Below, in pieces: positions 1-7,639 of a stretch of 28,744 nt of DNA (position 1 is its first letter; the number at the start of each line of letters is the position of its first letter). A program made the translations under genes and the position numbers. Where the stretch lies: assembly GCA_041288095.1 (NCBI GenBank), contig JBGGMJ010000091.1, positions 1 through 28,744 on the forward strand, given 5' to 3'. Origin of the DNA: Myxococcota bacterium. GTDB taxonomy: Bacteria > Myxococcota > XYA12-FULL-58-9 > JALHOP01. Under the pieces are notes generated by a model, which was not told the DNA's origin, searched no databases, and saw only the letters and a program-made list of their open reading frames with translations.

Positions 1-1082
1 TGGACGGTGCCGGCCTCGAGGTTGTGGGTCCCATCCGGGTTGGGCGGATTGCCGATGCCGACGAAGGGATTGTCCGGGGGCGTGTCGACGGCGAGGTACT
101 GCCAGCCCTCCTGGAAGGTGAGCAGATCGGTGTCGAGCTGCTTGGTGAGGTCGGACACGTCGATGCGCAGGAGCTTGCCGCGCAACGTCGAGAGATGCTG
201 CGCCTGCTTACCGCCGCAGTGGCCCTGCGGTCCGCCATCGCCAACGCTCCAGTAGAGGTAGCCGTCGGTGCCGAAATGCGCGGCGTTGCCCGCATGCAAG
301 CCGTCTTCGCTGACCGTGTGGCTGCACGAGCGCGTGTACTCTGGGTCCACGGGGTCGGCGGTCTCGAGGTAGTTGATGGCGATGAGCACCTGCTCGCTGG
401 CGCGGTCGAAGGTGAGGCCGCCGTCGTCGGAGTAGAAGCGCGACAGGCGCACCTGGATGTGCGGGTTGCCGCCGCCCGAGGAGAACTCGTGGCAATAGAC
501 GACGTATGCCGCATGGAACGTGGCGAAGTCGTTCGGGAAGACCAGCGCCGCGGTCGAGCAGTCCCACCCTTCGAATTGCACGTCGGAGAGATCGAGCGCC
601 TGCACCTTGTCGGCGGCGGTCGCGGTCGGGTCGTTGGGGAACGAGTAGATGCGGCCGCCTCGCTCGTTGACGTAGATGCGCGAGTTATCGCCAGGGCGCT
701 GCGACATGGACACGGCGGCGTTGAAGCGGATGCCCGGGAAACGGTCGACGAACTCGATGTTGTCGGTCACCGGCGGCGCAGTGAACGCCGTGCATGTCTG
801 CTGTGACGGACGCTCGTCGAGCCCGTAGACCGGCGGTGGTGGCGGATCGTCGTCCTGGGTTTCGCCGTCGCCAGAGTCGTCGCCCCCGTCGCCATCACCA
901 GCGCCGTCGCCGTCCGGGTCCGCGTCGCCGTCGCCATCGACGTCCGCTTGATCCTCGTCGGTCAGCGTCTCGTCGCTGTCGCCGTAGGGGTCCTCGATGA
1001 AATCGTCGTCCTCGTCACCGCAAGCGACGAAGAGTGAGCTGATCAGGGTGACGGACAGAAAAGAGCGAAGTACTACCGACAT
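1..1082 (-). CDS. PQQ-dependent glucose/sorbosone dehydrogenase (GSDH)-family lipoprotein, partial (runs off the left edge)
   Basis: Translated by hand; absent from the ORF track because there is no stop in the window. ATG at 1082 gives MSVVLRSFLSVTLISSLFVAC (lipobox FVAC), an Asp/Gly-rich linker, PPPPP, and then GSDH-type motifs HAGNAAHFGTDGYLYWSVGDGG, AQHLSTLRGKLLRIDV and PPDNPF. Confidence 0.85.
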   Translation of the reverse strand, partial: MSVVLRSFLSVTLISSLFVACGDEDDDFIEDPYGDSDETLTDEDQADVDGDGDADPDGDGAGDGDGGDDSGDGETQDDDPPPPPVYGLDERPSQQTCTAFTAPPVTDNIEFVDRFPGIRFNAAVSMSQRPGDNSRIYVNERGGRIYSFPNDPTATAADKVQALDLSDVQFEGWDCSTAALVFPNDFATFHAAYVVYCHEFSSGGGNPHIQVRLSRFYSDDGGLTFDRASEQVLIAINYLETADPVDPEYTRSCSHTVSEDGLHAGNAAHFGTDGYLYWSVGDGGPQGHCGGKQAQHLSTLRGKLLRIDVSDLTKQLDTDLLTFQEGWQYLAVDTPPDNPFVGIGNPPNPDGTHNLEAGTV

Positions 1083-1888
1083 GGGTCCCGTGTGTAGCGC
1101 CGTCGGCTGCCACTTGGAAAGGTCCACTCCGGCGTCGGGAGGTCGCGGCCTGCCTCGGGAAGGCTGAACCAGGGTCCTTCGTACCCACGCAGGACGTGAA
1201 TCTGCTGCGCCGGCATATAGCTCTGCACCAAGAGAAAGCGCTGCTCGCCCTTGGCGTTCTCCGCGACGTCAGCGACGAGGACCGCATGCCCAGGCGAGCC
1301 GCCGACGATGAACACGTCGCCGGGCTCGATGCGACCGGTGTCCGCTACCGCGCCGAGGTCACGGTGAAGTGACAAAGTCCCGGCCCATGTGAAGACGGTA
1401 TCGAGGTAGCCCCGAAACGCGTCATGGTCGGCGTCCGCGGCGGCCCGCGACGACCAGCTCAGATGGTTGCCGGTTACGCTCGGCCGCTAGCCGCGCGCGT
1501 AGCGCTCCCACGGCATCGGGTCGCCGCTGGTCGCGGTGAAGCACACAGGGAGCTTGCGCGCGTAGCGGTACTCGGCCAGCAAGCGCATGACGGCGTCGGC
1601 GCATTGCTGCAAGTCATGTTTGCCGACATCGATGTCGACGACCGCGAGGTGACCGCGTTGATAGCGCTTCACGCCGCCGTCGTAGAGCAGCACGTCGGGA
1701 TTGCCGTCGAGGAGGGGCAGGGCGCGCAAGAAAGCGCCGAGTGACTCGGGCGCGACCGCGACACGGCTGAAGCCCTTGGGCGGCTCGAAGCGCTGCTCGA
1801 GGGTATCGCCGCCGCGCTGGCTCGTCTGCCAAAGCGGAGCGGCAAGCACGGCCGCGGCGAGGAAGCTAGCTGCGCAGGAGCACATCAC
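1073..1888 (-). pseudogene. DUF4846-like exported protein interrupted by one in-frame TAG at 1487-1489
   Basis: Track ORFs 1487..1888 and 1073..1375 are in the same frame and the region between is open (RPSVTGNHLSWSSRAAADADHDAFRGYLDTVFTWAGTL). Motifs DLQQCADAVMRLLAEY, IEPGDVFIVGGSPGHAVLVAD and FLLVQSYMPAQQIHVL match DUF4846 as I recall it. Confidence 0.7.
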
Positions 1889-2867
1889 AGTAATAGCGTA
1901 CCTTCTTTACGGCGGCGCCCAACTGGTTGTGCTGGATGTTCTTGCGCAGGCTCAAGAGCACCTTGCGCTTCAGGCGATAGCCGTTCAAGGCGCTGCGTTT
2001 GGTCGTTTTGGCGCCGGCACCCTCGAGTGCCGCGAAGATGCCGTCCTTGGGATAGCCCCAAGCGGCGAGGTGCGCCGGGTCCAAGCGGTCGATGACCTCG
2101 CGGGCGAGCTGCAAGACCTCGGGACGTGCTTGCAGGTCCGCTGCCCAGGTGTCGAGCGAGTCGGCGACAGGCCGCTTGTGCTTTTCCACCGACATCGGAT
2201 CGCCGAAGCTCTTGGTGATGTGAGAGTGCTCGCCGTAGTCGATGGCGCCCGACTCGTGCGCGAGGCCCAGATGCTCGAAGATGCGCCGTGCGTGCGGCTC
2301 GGGGTTGGCCACCATGTCGTCATAGCGGACATGGACGTACGGCACCGCCTTGTCGACGAGGAACTTGCCGATGCCCGCGACGTAAGGCTCGACGACCGGA
2401 TTCTGGGCCTGTGCCGCCGCGTAGTCGCCGTCGAAGAACGAGTGCGCCTGCGAGTGCCAGATGGCGAGCGGGTGGCGGGTGAGCACCACGTATTTGGCCT
2501 TCGGGAAGAGCTTGGTGATGAACGGCAGCACCAGGGCGTAGCCGGGCGTCTTGTCGAGGAAGTGCGTCTTACCTGTCTGCTCCAGAAGACGAGCGTAGAG
2601 CGTCGCGGGGTAAGCGCGCAGCGCTTCGAGGTAATCCTCTTCCTTGCGCGGCAGCTCTTCGACGAGCTCACGCAGCGCCTGCGCGCCGTTCACGTGATCG
2701 TATTGTGCCTTCTCGACGATGTCGTAGAAGCCAAGATAGGCGAGCGGCGTGAGCAGGTGGGGCTCGGGGTGCGTGAAGATCTTCGAGTGCGAGCCCAATA
2801 CCCGCTGCAGCATGGTCGTGCCGCTGCGAGGCGCACCGACCAGAATGATGAGGTTTTCGTGGAGCAT
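1866..2867 (-). CDS. Sulfotransferase (PAPS-dependent, Sulfotransfer_3-like)
   Basis: 5'-PAPS loop IILVGAPRSGTTML, plus FLDKTP, LTRHPLAIWHS and VRYDDMVANP motifs; 333 aa. Confidence 0.9.
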   Translation of the reverse strand: MLHENLIILVGAPRSGTTMLQRVLGSHSKIFTHPEPHLLTPLAYLGFYDIVEKAQYDHVNGAQALRELVEELPRKEEDYLEALRAYPATLYARLLEQTGKTHFLDKTPGYALVLPFITKLFPKAKYVVLTRHPLAIWHSQAHSFFDGDYAAAQAQNPVVEPYVAGIGKFLVDKAVPYVHVRYDDMVANPEPHARRIFEHLGLAHESGAIDYGEHSHITKSFGDPMSVEKHKRPVADSLDTWAADLQARPEVLQLAREVIDRLDPAHLAAWGYPKDGIFAALEGAGAKTTKRSALNGYRLKRKVLLSLRKNIQHNQLGAAVKKVRYYCDVLLRS

Positions 2868-2877
2868 GCGTCGAAGG

Positions 2878-2951
2878 CGCGGCCTAAGGGATTCGAACCC
2901 CTGACCCTCGGATTCGAAGTCCGATGCTCTATCCAGCTGAGCTAAGGCCGC
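2878..2951 (-). tRNA. tRNA-Arg (anticodon UCG), CCA not encoded
   Basis: Reverse complement folds as a cloverleaf: acceptor GCGGCCT/AGGCCGC, D-arm GCTC/GAGC, anticodon arm TCGGA-CTTCGAA-TCCGA, T-arm AGGGG-TTCGAAT-CCCTT, discriminator G followed by CCT. Confidence 0.97.
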
Positions 2952-3009
2952 GGCGGAAGCCTGCTTAGCTCAAGGCGCGGTGCGAGCCAATAGGACGGGC
3001 GTCATGTTG

Positions 3010-4038
3010 TTAGCGTTGCGAGAGGGCGGCGACCAGGCCGGCGCGGGAGCTCACGCCGAGGACGGCGTAGATCTCCCGAAGGTAGCCGCGGACCGTGGAC
3101 ACCTTGATGCGGAGCTCGTCCGCTATCTCGGTCGCTGAGCGGCCGGAGGCCGCGAGACGGGCGACCGCGCGCTGCCGGGGCGACAGCATGGCTTCGGCGG
3201 GGGACAGCTCCGCGCTTGGCTCGGCGTCCTCCTCGAGCATCAATCCCAACAGGCGGCGACTCTCGCCCACGCACGGCGGCACGTTGGCCCACTCGAGGCG
3301 GATACCGGGCAGTACGACCTGAGAGCGGCCGCCGTACACGGCGTTTTGGAAGCGCGCCGCCGACGCGAGGAGCATACGCTCGGCCTTGCGCAGGCCTTCC
3401 CTGTCGATGACCCCGAGCCGCCGCCGCCAGAGGTCGCGGGCGCCCGCCGACCATGTTACCGCGGCGCCGGGCAGCGACAGGTACACGTGTCCGCTCACCT
3501 TGGCCAAAGCCGCGGCGAGTGTCTCGTCCGCTGAGGCGGACAAGGCCGCGATCGCCCGCCGAGCCGCGAGCCCGCCGGCCAAATGAGGGTAGAGCAGCTT
3601 GAAGAGCGCGCGGTCTTCGTCGTCGAATGGTCGCTGACCCTTCTCGCGATAGAGGATGACGAACAGGTCGCTGACGAACGGGTTGTAGAGCCTCGCGTTC
3701 AAGCCGTCGCCAAAGCCCGCCGCCTGGAAGCTCTGCCAGAGCTCGCTTCTCCGGTACCCGCGAGGAGAATCAATCGCGATGAGCCCTGGCGTCCCCGGGG
3801 GGTCGACCGCGAGACGCGCCGCGAACGGGTCGGTGTGGCGCAAGCTCGCATAGGTCGCGACCCAGCTGCGCGGAATGTTCCTGCCGCTGCTCTGGTCGTT
3901 GAATCCGATGCTCTGGGTGAGGGCGCCCGAGCTCGCGGAAAAGGCGCCCAGGAGCGAGCCCCAAAGCTCGTCCACGTCCCCGCCCGTCACGACCCCGCGC
4001 TGCAGGAGGTGGAGCAAGCTGTGCACCGCGCCGGTCAC
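3010..4038 (-). CDS. LuxR-family HTH transcriptional regulator with N-terminal GAF/autoinducer-binding-like domain (start uncertain: GTG 4026 or 4038, or ATG 4137)
   Basis: C-terminal LSPRQRAVARLAASGRSATEIADELRIKVSTVRGYLREIYAVLGVSSRAGL is a LuxR HTH. The upstream part of track ORF 3010..4758 is antisense to metX and is not credible. Confidence 0.85.
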   Translation of the reverse strand: MTGAVHSLLHLLQRGVVTGGDVDELWGSLLGAFSASSGALTQSIGFNDQSSGRNIPRSWVATYASLRHTDPFAARLAVDPPGTPGLIAIDSPRGYRRSELWQSFQAAGFGDGLNARLYNPFVSDLFVILYREKGQRPFDDEDRALFKLLYPHLAGGLAARRAIAALSASADETLAAALAKVSGHVYLSLPGAAVTWSAGARDLWRRRLGVIDREGLRKAERMLLASAARFQNAVYGGRSQVVLPGIRLEWANVPPCVGESRRLLGLMLEEDAEPSAELSPAEAMLSPRQRAVARLAASGRSATEIADELRIKVSTVRGYLREIYAVLGVSSRAGLVAALSQR

Positions 4039-4135
4039 GTGGCTAGACGACGCCTCAATCGGGGCCGAGTCAAGCCGGAGGCGCAACTCTTGGCCGGGGC
4101 CGCCGATACTAGCTCCAGACAACCGAGGATCGGTC

Positions 4136-6475
4136 ATGGGGTCGGTGTGTGTGCTCGAAGCCCCGACCGGCGCGCTCCCGCGTCGCGCGGTCGTAAAAAG
4201 GGACGCTTGTGTCGCCGAGGGTCGATCCTTGCGCGACGTCGAGCTGGCCGGCTTCATTCTCGGCCCGGAGCTGGGAACCGCCCCGGTGGTCGTCGTGATC
4301 GGCGGTATCACCGCGTCGCCTTTCCCCTTTGGTAACGGCACCGAAGCCGAAGCCTGGTGGCCCGCTCTGAACGCGCCCGACTTGATCGATCCCAGCCGTG
4401 AAACGGTGCTGTCGTTCTGCTGGCCCGGCAACGGCTCGACCTGGGCGGGGTTCGATGACGACGCCGTGCAAAAGCCCCTCTCGGCGCTCGGTCTCGCGGA
4501 CTTGCTCGCGGCTTGGCTCGACGGCATCGGTGCTCGGGATCCCGTTACGTACGTCGGCGCGAGCTTGGGGGGCATGGTCGGCATCGCCTTCGCCTCGCGC
4601 CACGCCGAACGCTGTGCGCGGCTGGTCACCATCTCGGCGGGCTTGCGGCCCGACGGTTGGGGCACGGCGACGCGGCACCTGCAGCGCGAGCTCATTCGCG
4701 ACGGCATCGCGCGCAACGACGTCGCCACCGGCATGGCCCGCGCGCGCCAGCTCGGCATGCTGACCTATCGCGGCCGTGACGAGCTCGACACGCGCTTCGG
4801 CAAGCTCCTTGGGCATCTCGAGCGTCCGCCTGTCGCCGAGTACCTCGATCATCACGGCAAGCGCTTCGCCGACCACTTCCCGGTACGCACGTTCTTGCTC
4901 CTCTCCGAAGCCATCGACCGCTCGAACTTCGGCCCCGATGACACGACCGTGCGCGCCGCCCTCGAGCGCGTGACCGCCGAGGTGTTGGTCATCGGCGTCC
5001 CGGGCGACATGCTCTTCCCGTATGCGTTGCAGGCGGAGCTCCACCGCGCCCTGCAGGCCCTGGGCGCGACCTCGCATCTGTGGAAGCTCGAATCCGAGTT
5101 TGGCCACGACGCTTTCCTCGCCGACCAAGACAAGCTCGCGCGCCTGCTCCGCGACAGCGGCTTCTTTCGCAAAGCCCCGGCGCTGGTGACCTCGGGCGAG
5201 CGCTTCGTCGGTGTCGGCATCGAGCCGGTGCGTGAGCTGCGCGTCGGCCTCGTCGGCTGCGGCGTCGTCGGCTCCGGTTTGCTCGAGATGATCGAAAAAC
5301 ATCGCCAAGAGCTCATTGTCCGCTACGGCGTACGGCTCGAGATTACGCGGATCGCTGTCCGTGACCTGGCAAAGCCGCGGAGTGCTCTCGCCGCCGGGAA
5401 GCCCATCGGCACCGACGCGCTCGCGCTGGTCGCCGCGCCCGACGTCGACGTGGTCGTCGAGGTTGCCGGAGGCATGGCGGTCGAGGCGGTCCTGCGCGCC
5501 GCGCTCGCCGCGGGCAAGCCGGTGGTCACCGCCAACAAGGCGCTGCTCGCGGCTAAGCTCGACGGCCTGGCGATGCTCGCCGAGCGCACCGCGACCCCCC
5601 TTTATTGCGAAGCCGCCGTCGCCGCCGCCATTCCCATCATCCGCCACCTGTCGCACCGCTCCGACGAGGTTGATAGCCTCCTCGGCATCGTCAACGGCAC
5701 CTGCAACTACATCATCACCAGACTCGAGCAGGACGAGCTTCCGTTCGATGACGCCGTTCGTGAGGCCCAGGCCAAGGGGTTCGCGGAGGCCGACCCTTCC
5801 GCCGACGTCGACGGTCATGATGCAGCGGCCAAGCTGTCCATTTTAGCGTACCGGGCGTTCGGCACATGGGCGCTCCCGAGCCAGTTTCTCGTGCGCGGCA
5901 TCCGCGATCTCACCGCCGCGGATTGCGACCTCGCCGAGACCATGGGCTACCGCGTGCGCTCGCTCGCGCATGCCAGCCGCGACGCCGAGGGCCTGTCGCT
6001 CGCCGTCGAGCCGATGCTGCTCCCGGCCTGGCACCTCCTGGCGTCGGTCGAAGAGGAGTACAACGCTATCTATCTCAAGCAGGCGTGCTCCGGTGACCTG
6101 TCGCTCTTCGGCATGGGCGCGGGGTCGCTGCCTACCGCCAGCGCCGTGCTCGCCGACCTCATCGAGCTGGCGCAGGGCAACTCGGTGCGCTGGCCCGAGC
6201 CGCGCAAGACGACGCCGCGCAGCGACACCAAGGCGCGTAGCCACTACCTGCGCGTCACCGCCGACGAGCACGAAGGGCTCACCCGCAGAGTCGAGAGCTT
6301 GATGCGCCGCTACGGCGTCGACGTGCTCAAGCAAGCGCGCCGAGCCGAGCCCGATGCGACCCACTACGGCTTCGTTCTTTCCGTCGCGCCCAAGTCCGTC
6401 ATCGAAGACGCGGTGTCGGCGATCGAAAGGCTTGGCCGTGTCAAACAAACCCTGGTCCTCGGCGTCACCCAGTAA
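4136..6475 (+). CDS. metX-hom: Fused homoserine O-acyltransferase (MetX family) / homoserine dehydrogenase / ACT-like domain, 779 aa
   Basis: GAGGA RBS before ATG 4136. N-terminal alpha/beta hydrolase has GASLGG (Ser), PGDMLFP (Asp) and GHDAFL (His). C-terminal half has GLVGCGVVGSG, VVTANKALLA, GIVNGTCNYI and AQAKGFAEADPSADVDGHDAAAKL, then an ACT-like tail. Confidence 0.9.
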   Translation: MGSVCVLEAPTGALPRRAVVKRDACVAEGRSLRDVELAGFILGPELGTAPVVVVIGGITASPFPFGNGTEAEAWWPALNAPDLIDPSRETVLSFCWPGNGSTWAGFDDDAVQKPLSALGLADLLAAWLDGIGARDPVTYVGASLGGMVGIAFASRHAERCARLVTISAGLRPDGWGTATRHLQRELIRDGIARNDVATGMARARQLGMLTYRGRDELDTRFGKLLGHLERPPVAEYLDHHGKRFADHFPVRTFLLLSEAIDRSNFGPDDTTVRAALERVTAEVLVIGVPGDMLFPYALQAELHRALQALGATSHLWKLESEFGHDAFLADQDKLARLLRDSGFFRKAPALVTSGERFVGVGIEPVRELRVGLVGCGVVGSGLLEMIEKHRQELIVRYGVRLEITRIAVRDLAKPRSALAAGKPIGTDALALVAAPDVDVVVEVAGGMAVEAVLRAALAAGKPVVTANKALLAAKLDGLAMLAERTATPLYCEAAVAAAIPIIRHLSHRSDEVDSLLGIVNGTCNYIITRLEQDELPFDDAVREAQAKGFAEADPSADVDGHDAAAKLSILAYRAFGTWALPSQFLVRGIRDLTAADCDLAETMGYRVRSLAHASRDAEGLSLAVEPMLLPAWHLLASVEEEYNAIYLKQACSGDLSLFGMGAGSLPTASAVLADLIELAQGNSVRWPEPRKTTPRSDTKARSHYLRVTADEHEGLTRRVESLMRRYGVDVLKQARRAEPDATHYGFVLSVAPKSVIEDAVSAIERLGRVKQTLVLGVTQ

Positions 6476-7639
6476 ATGAAACCACGTACTCAGCTCATTC
6501 ATGCGGGCACCAAACGGTCGGCCTTCGACGAAACCAGCGAAGCGCTCTACCTCACCTCGGGGTACGTCTACGAAAGCGCCGAGGAATGCGAGGCCGCGTT
6601 CAAGAACGACGGCAGCCGTTTCATCTACTCGCGCTTCGGGAACCCGACCACGGCGATGTTCGAGGAGCGCATGGCCGCCTACGAAGGCGCCGAGAAGTGC
6701 TTCGCGACAGCGAGCGGCATGGCCGCGGTGTTCGCGAGCCTCATGTGCCAGCTGAAGACGGGTGACCGCATCGTCGCGCCGCGCGCCTTGTTCGGCTCGT
6801 GTCTCATCGTCGTCAGCGACATCTGCGTGCGCTTCGGCATCGAGTGCACGCTCGTCGACGGTACCGACAACGCGCAGTGGGAAGAGGCGCTCTCACGCAA
6901 GGCCAATGTCGTGTTCCTCGAATCGCCGAGCAACCCGACCTTGCAAGTGGTCGACATTCGCAAGGTTTGCAAGCTCGCGCATGCCGCCGGCGCGCGTGTC
7001 GTCATCGACAACGTCTTCGCGACTCCGGTGCTGCAAAAGCCGCTGGAGCTCGGCGCCGACATCGTCGTCTATTCAGCGACCAAACACATCGACGGGCAGG
7101 GTAGGGTGCTCGGTGGCGCCATCCTTTGCGACAACGAGTTCGCCAAGCTGGTGATGCCGTTTGTCCGCCATACCGGACCCGCGATGAGCCCCTTCAACGC
7201 ATGGGTGCTCTTGAAGGGCCTCGAGACCATGGAGCTGCGGGTGCGCGCTCAGAGCCACAGCGCTCTCACGCTCGCGCGCCATCTCGAGAAGCAGAGCCAG
7301 GTGGACAAGGTCGGCTACGTGGGTCTCGAGTCGCACCCGCAATACGCGCTCACCCGCGGTCAGATGCAGGGCGGCAGCAGCATCGTGGCGCTGCACTTGA
7401 AGGGAGACAAGGCCGCGGCGTTTCGCTTCATGAACGGGCTCGAGCTCGTCAGCATCTCGAACAACCTGGGCGATAGTAAGTCGTTGGTGACGCATCCGGC
7501 GACGACGACGCATCACCGCTTGACGCCGGAAGATCGCCTGCGCGTCGGCATCACTGACGCGACGGTGCGCCTATCGGTTGGTCTCGAGGATCCGGACGAC
7601 ATCACCGAAGACGTGATGCGCGCGCTCGCTACTGTCTAG
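6476..7639 (+). CDS. metZ: O-succinyl/O-acetylhomoserine sulfhydrylase (Cys/Met PLP enzyme)
   Basis: ETSEALYLTSGYVY, YSRFGNPT, ASGMAAVF, PLP-lysine motif YSATKHIDGQGRVLGG and ISNNLGDSKSLVTHPATTTH. ATG directly abuts the TAA of metX-hom. Confidence 0.93.
   Translation: MKPRTQLIHAGTKRSAFDETSEALYLTSGYVYESAEECEAAFKNDGSRFIYSRFGNPTTAMFEERMAAYEGAEKCFATASGMAAVFASLMCQLKTGDRIVAPRALFGSCLIVVSDICVRFGIECTLVDGTDNAQWEEALSRKANVVFLESPSNPTLQVVDIRKVCKLAHAAGARVVIDNVFATPVLQKPLELGADIVVYSATKHIDGQGRVLGGAILCDNEFAKLVMPFVRHTGPAMSPFNAWVLLKGLETMELRVRAQSHSALTLARHLEKQSQVDKVGYVGLESHPQYALTRGQMQGGSSIVALHLKGDKAAAFRFMNGLELVSISNNLGDSKSLVTHPATTTHHRLTPEDRLRVGITDATVRLSVGLEDPDDITEDVMRALATV

Noticed and set aside
24..806. 260-aa plus-strand ORF and similar long antisense ORFs (1701..2945, 4109..5818, 10820..12229, 12192..13478, 14067..15287, 17537..18601, 27123..28397)
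   Set aside because: Antisense shadows of well-supported genes, expected at high GC; no motifs or RBS support.
860..1020. GTCGCC/GCCGTC tandem-like repeats
   Set aside because: These encode the Asp-Gly linker of the lipoprotein; not a CRISPR array or DNA-level repeat.
1487..1489. Genome-wide TAG recoding or pyrrolysine
   Set aside because: Several conserved genes here end at TAG at their expected C-termini, and no pyl genes are in the window.
2860..3010. tRNA as the integration site of a genomic island
   Set aside because: No integrase, no duplicated tRNA 3' end seen in the window, and no clear composition shift.
4039..4135. Possible SAM riboswitch upstream of metX
   Set aside because: Only a GCAAC fragment is present; I could not find the SAM-I or SAM-II core elements or a terminator. 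An Rfam scan would settle it.
4135..4138. Divergent genes sharing one CATG start
   Set aside because: Both frames have an ATG here, but the LuxR-side extension lacks an RBS and looks like intergenic sequence; a GTG at 4026 or 4038 is more plausible.
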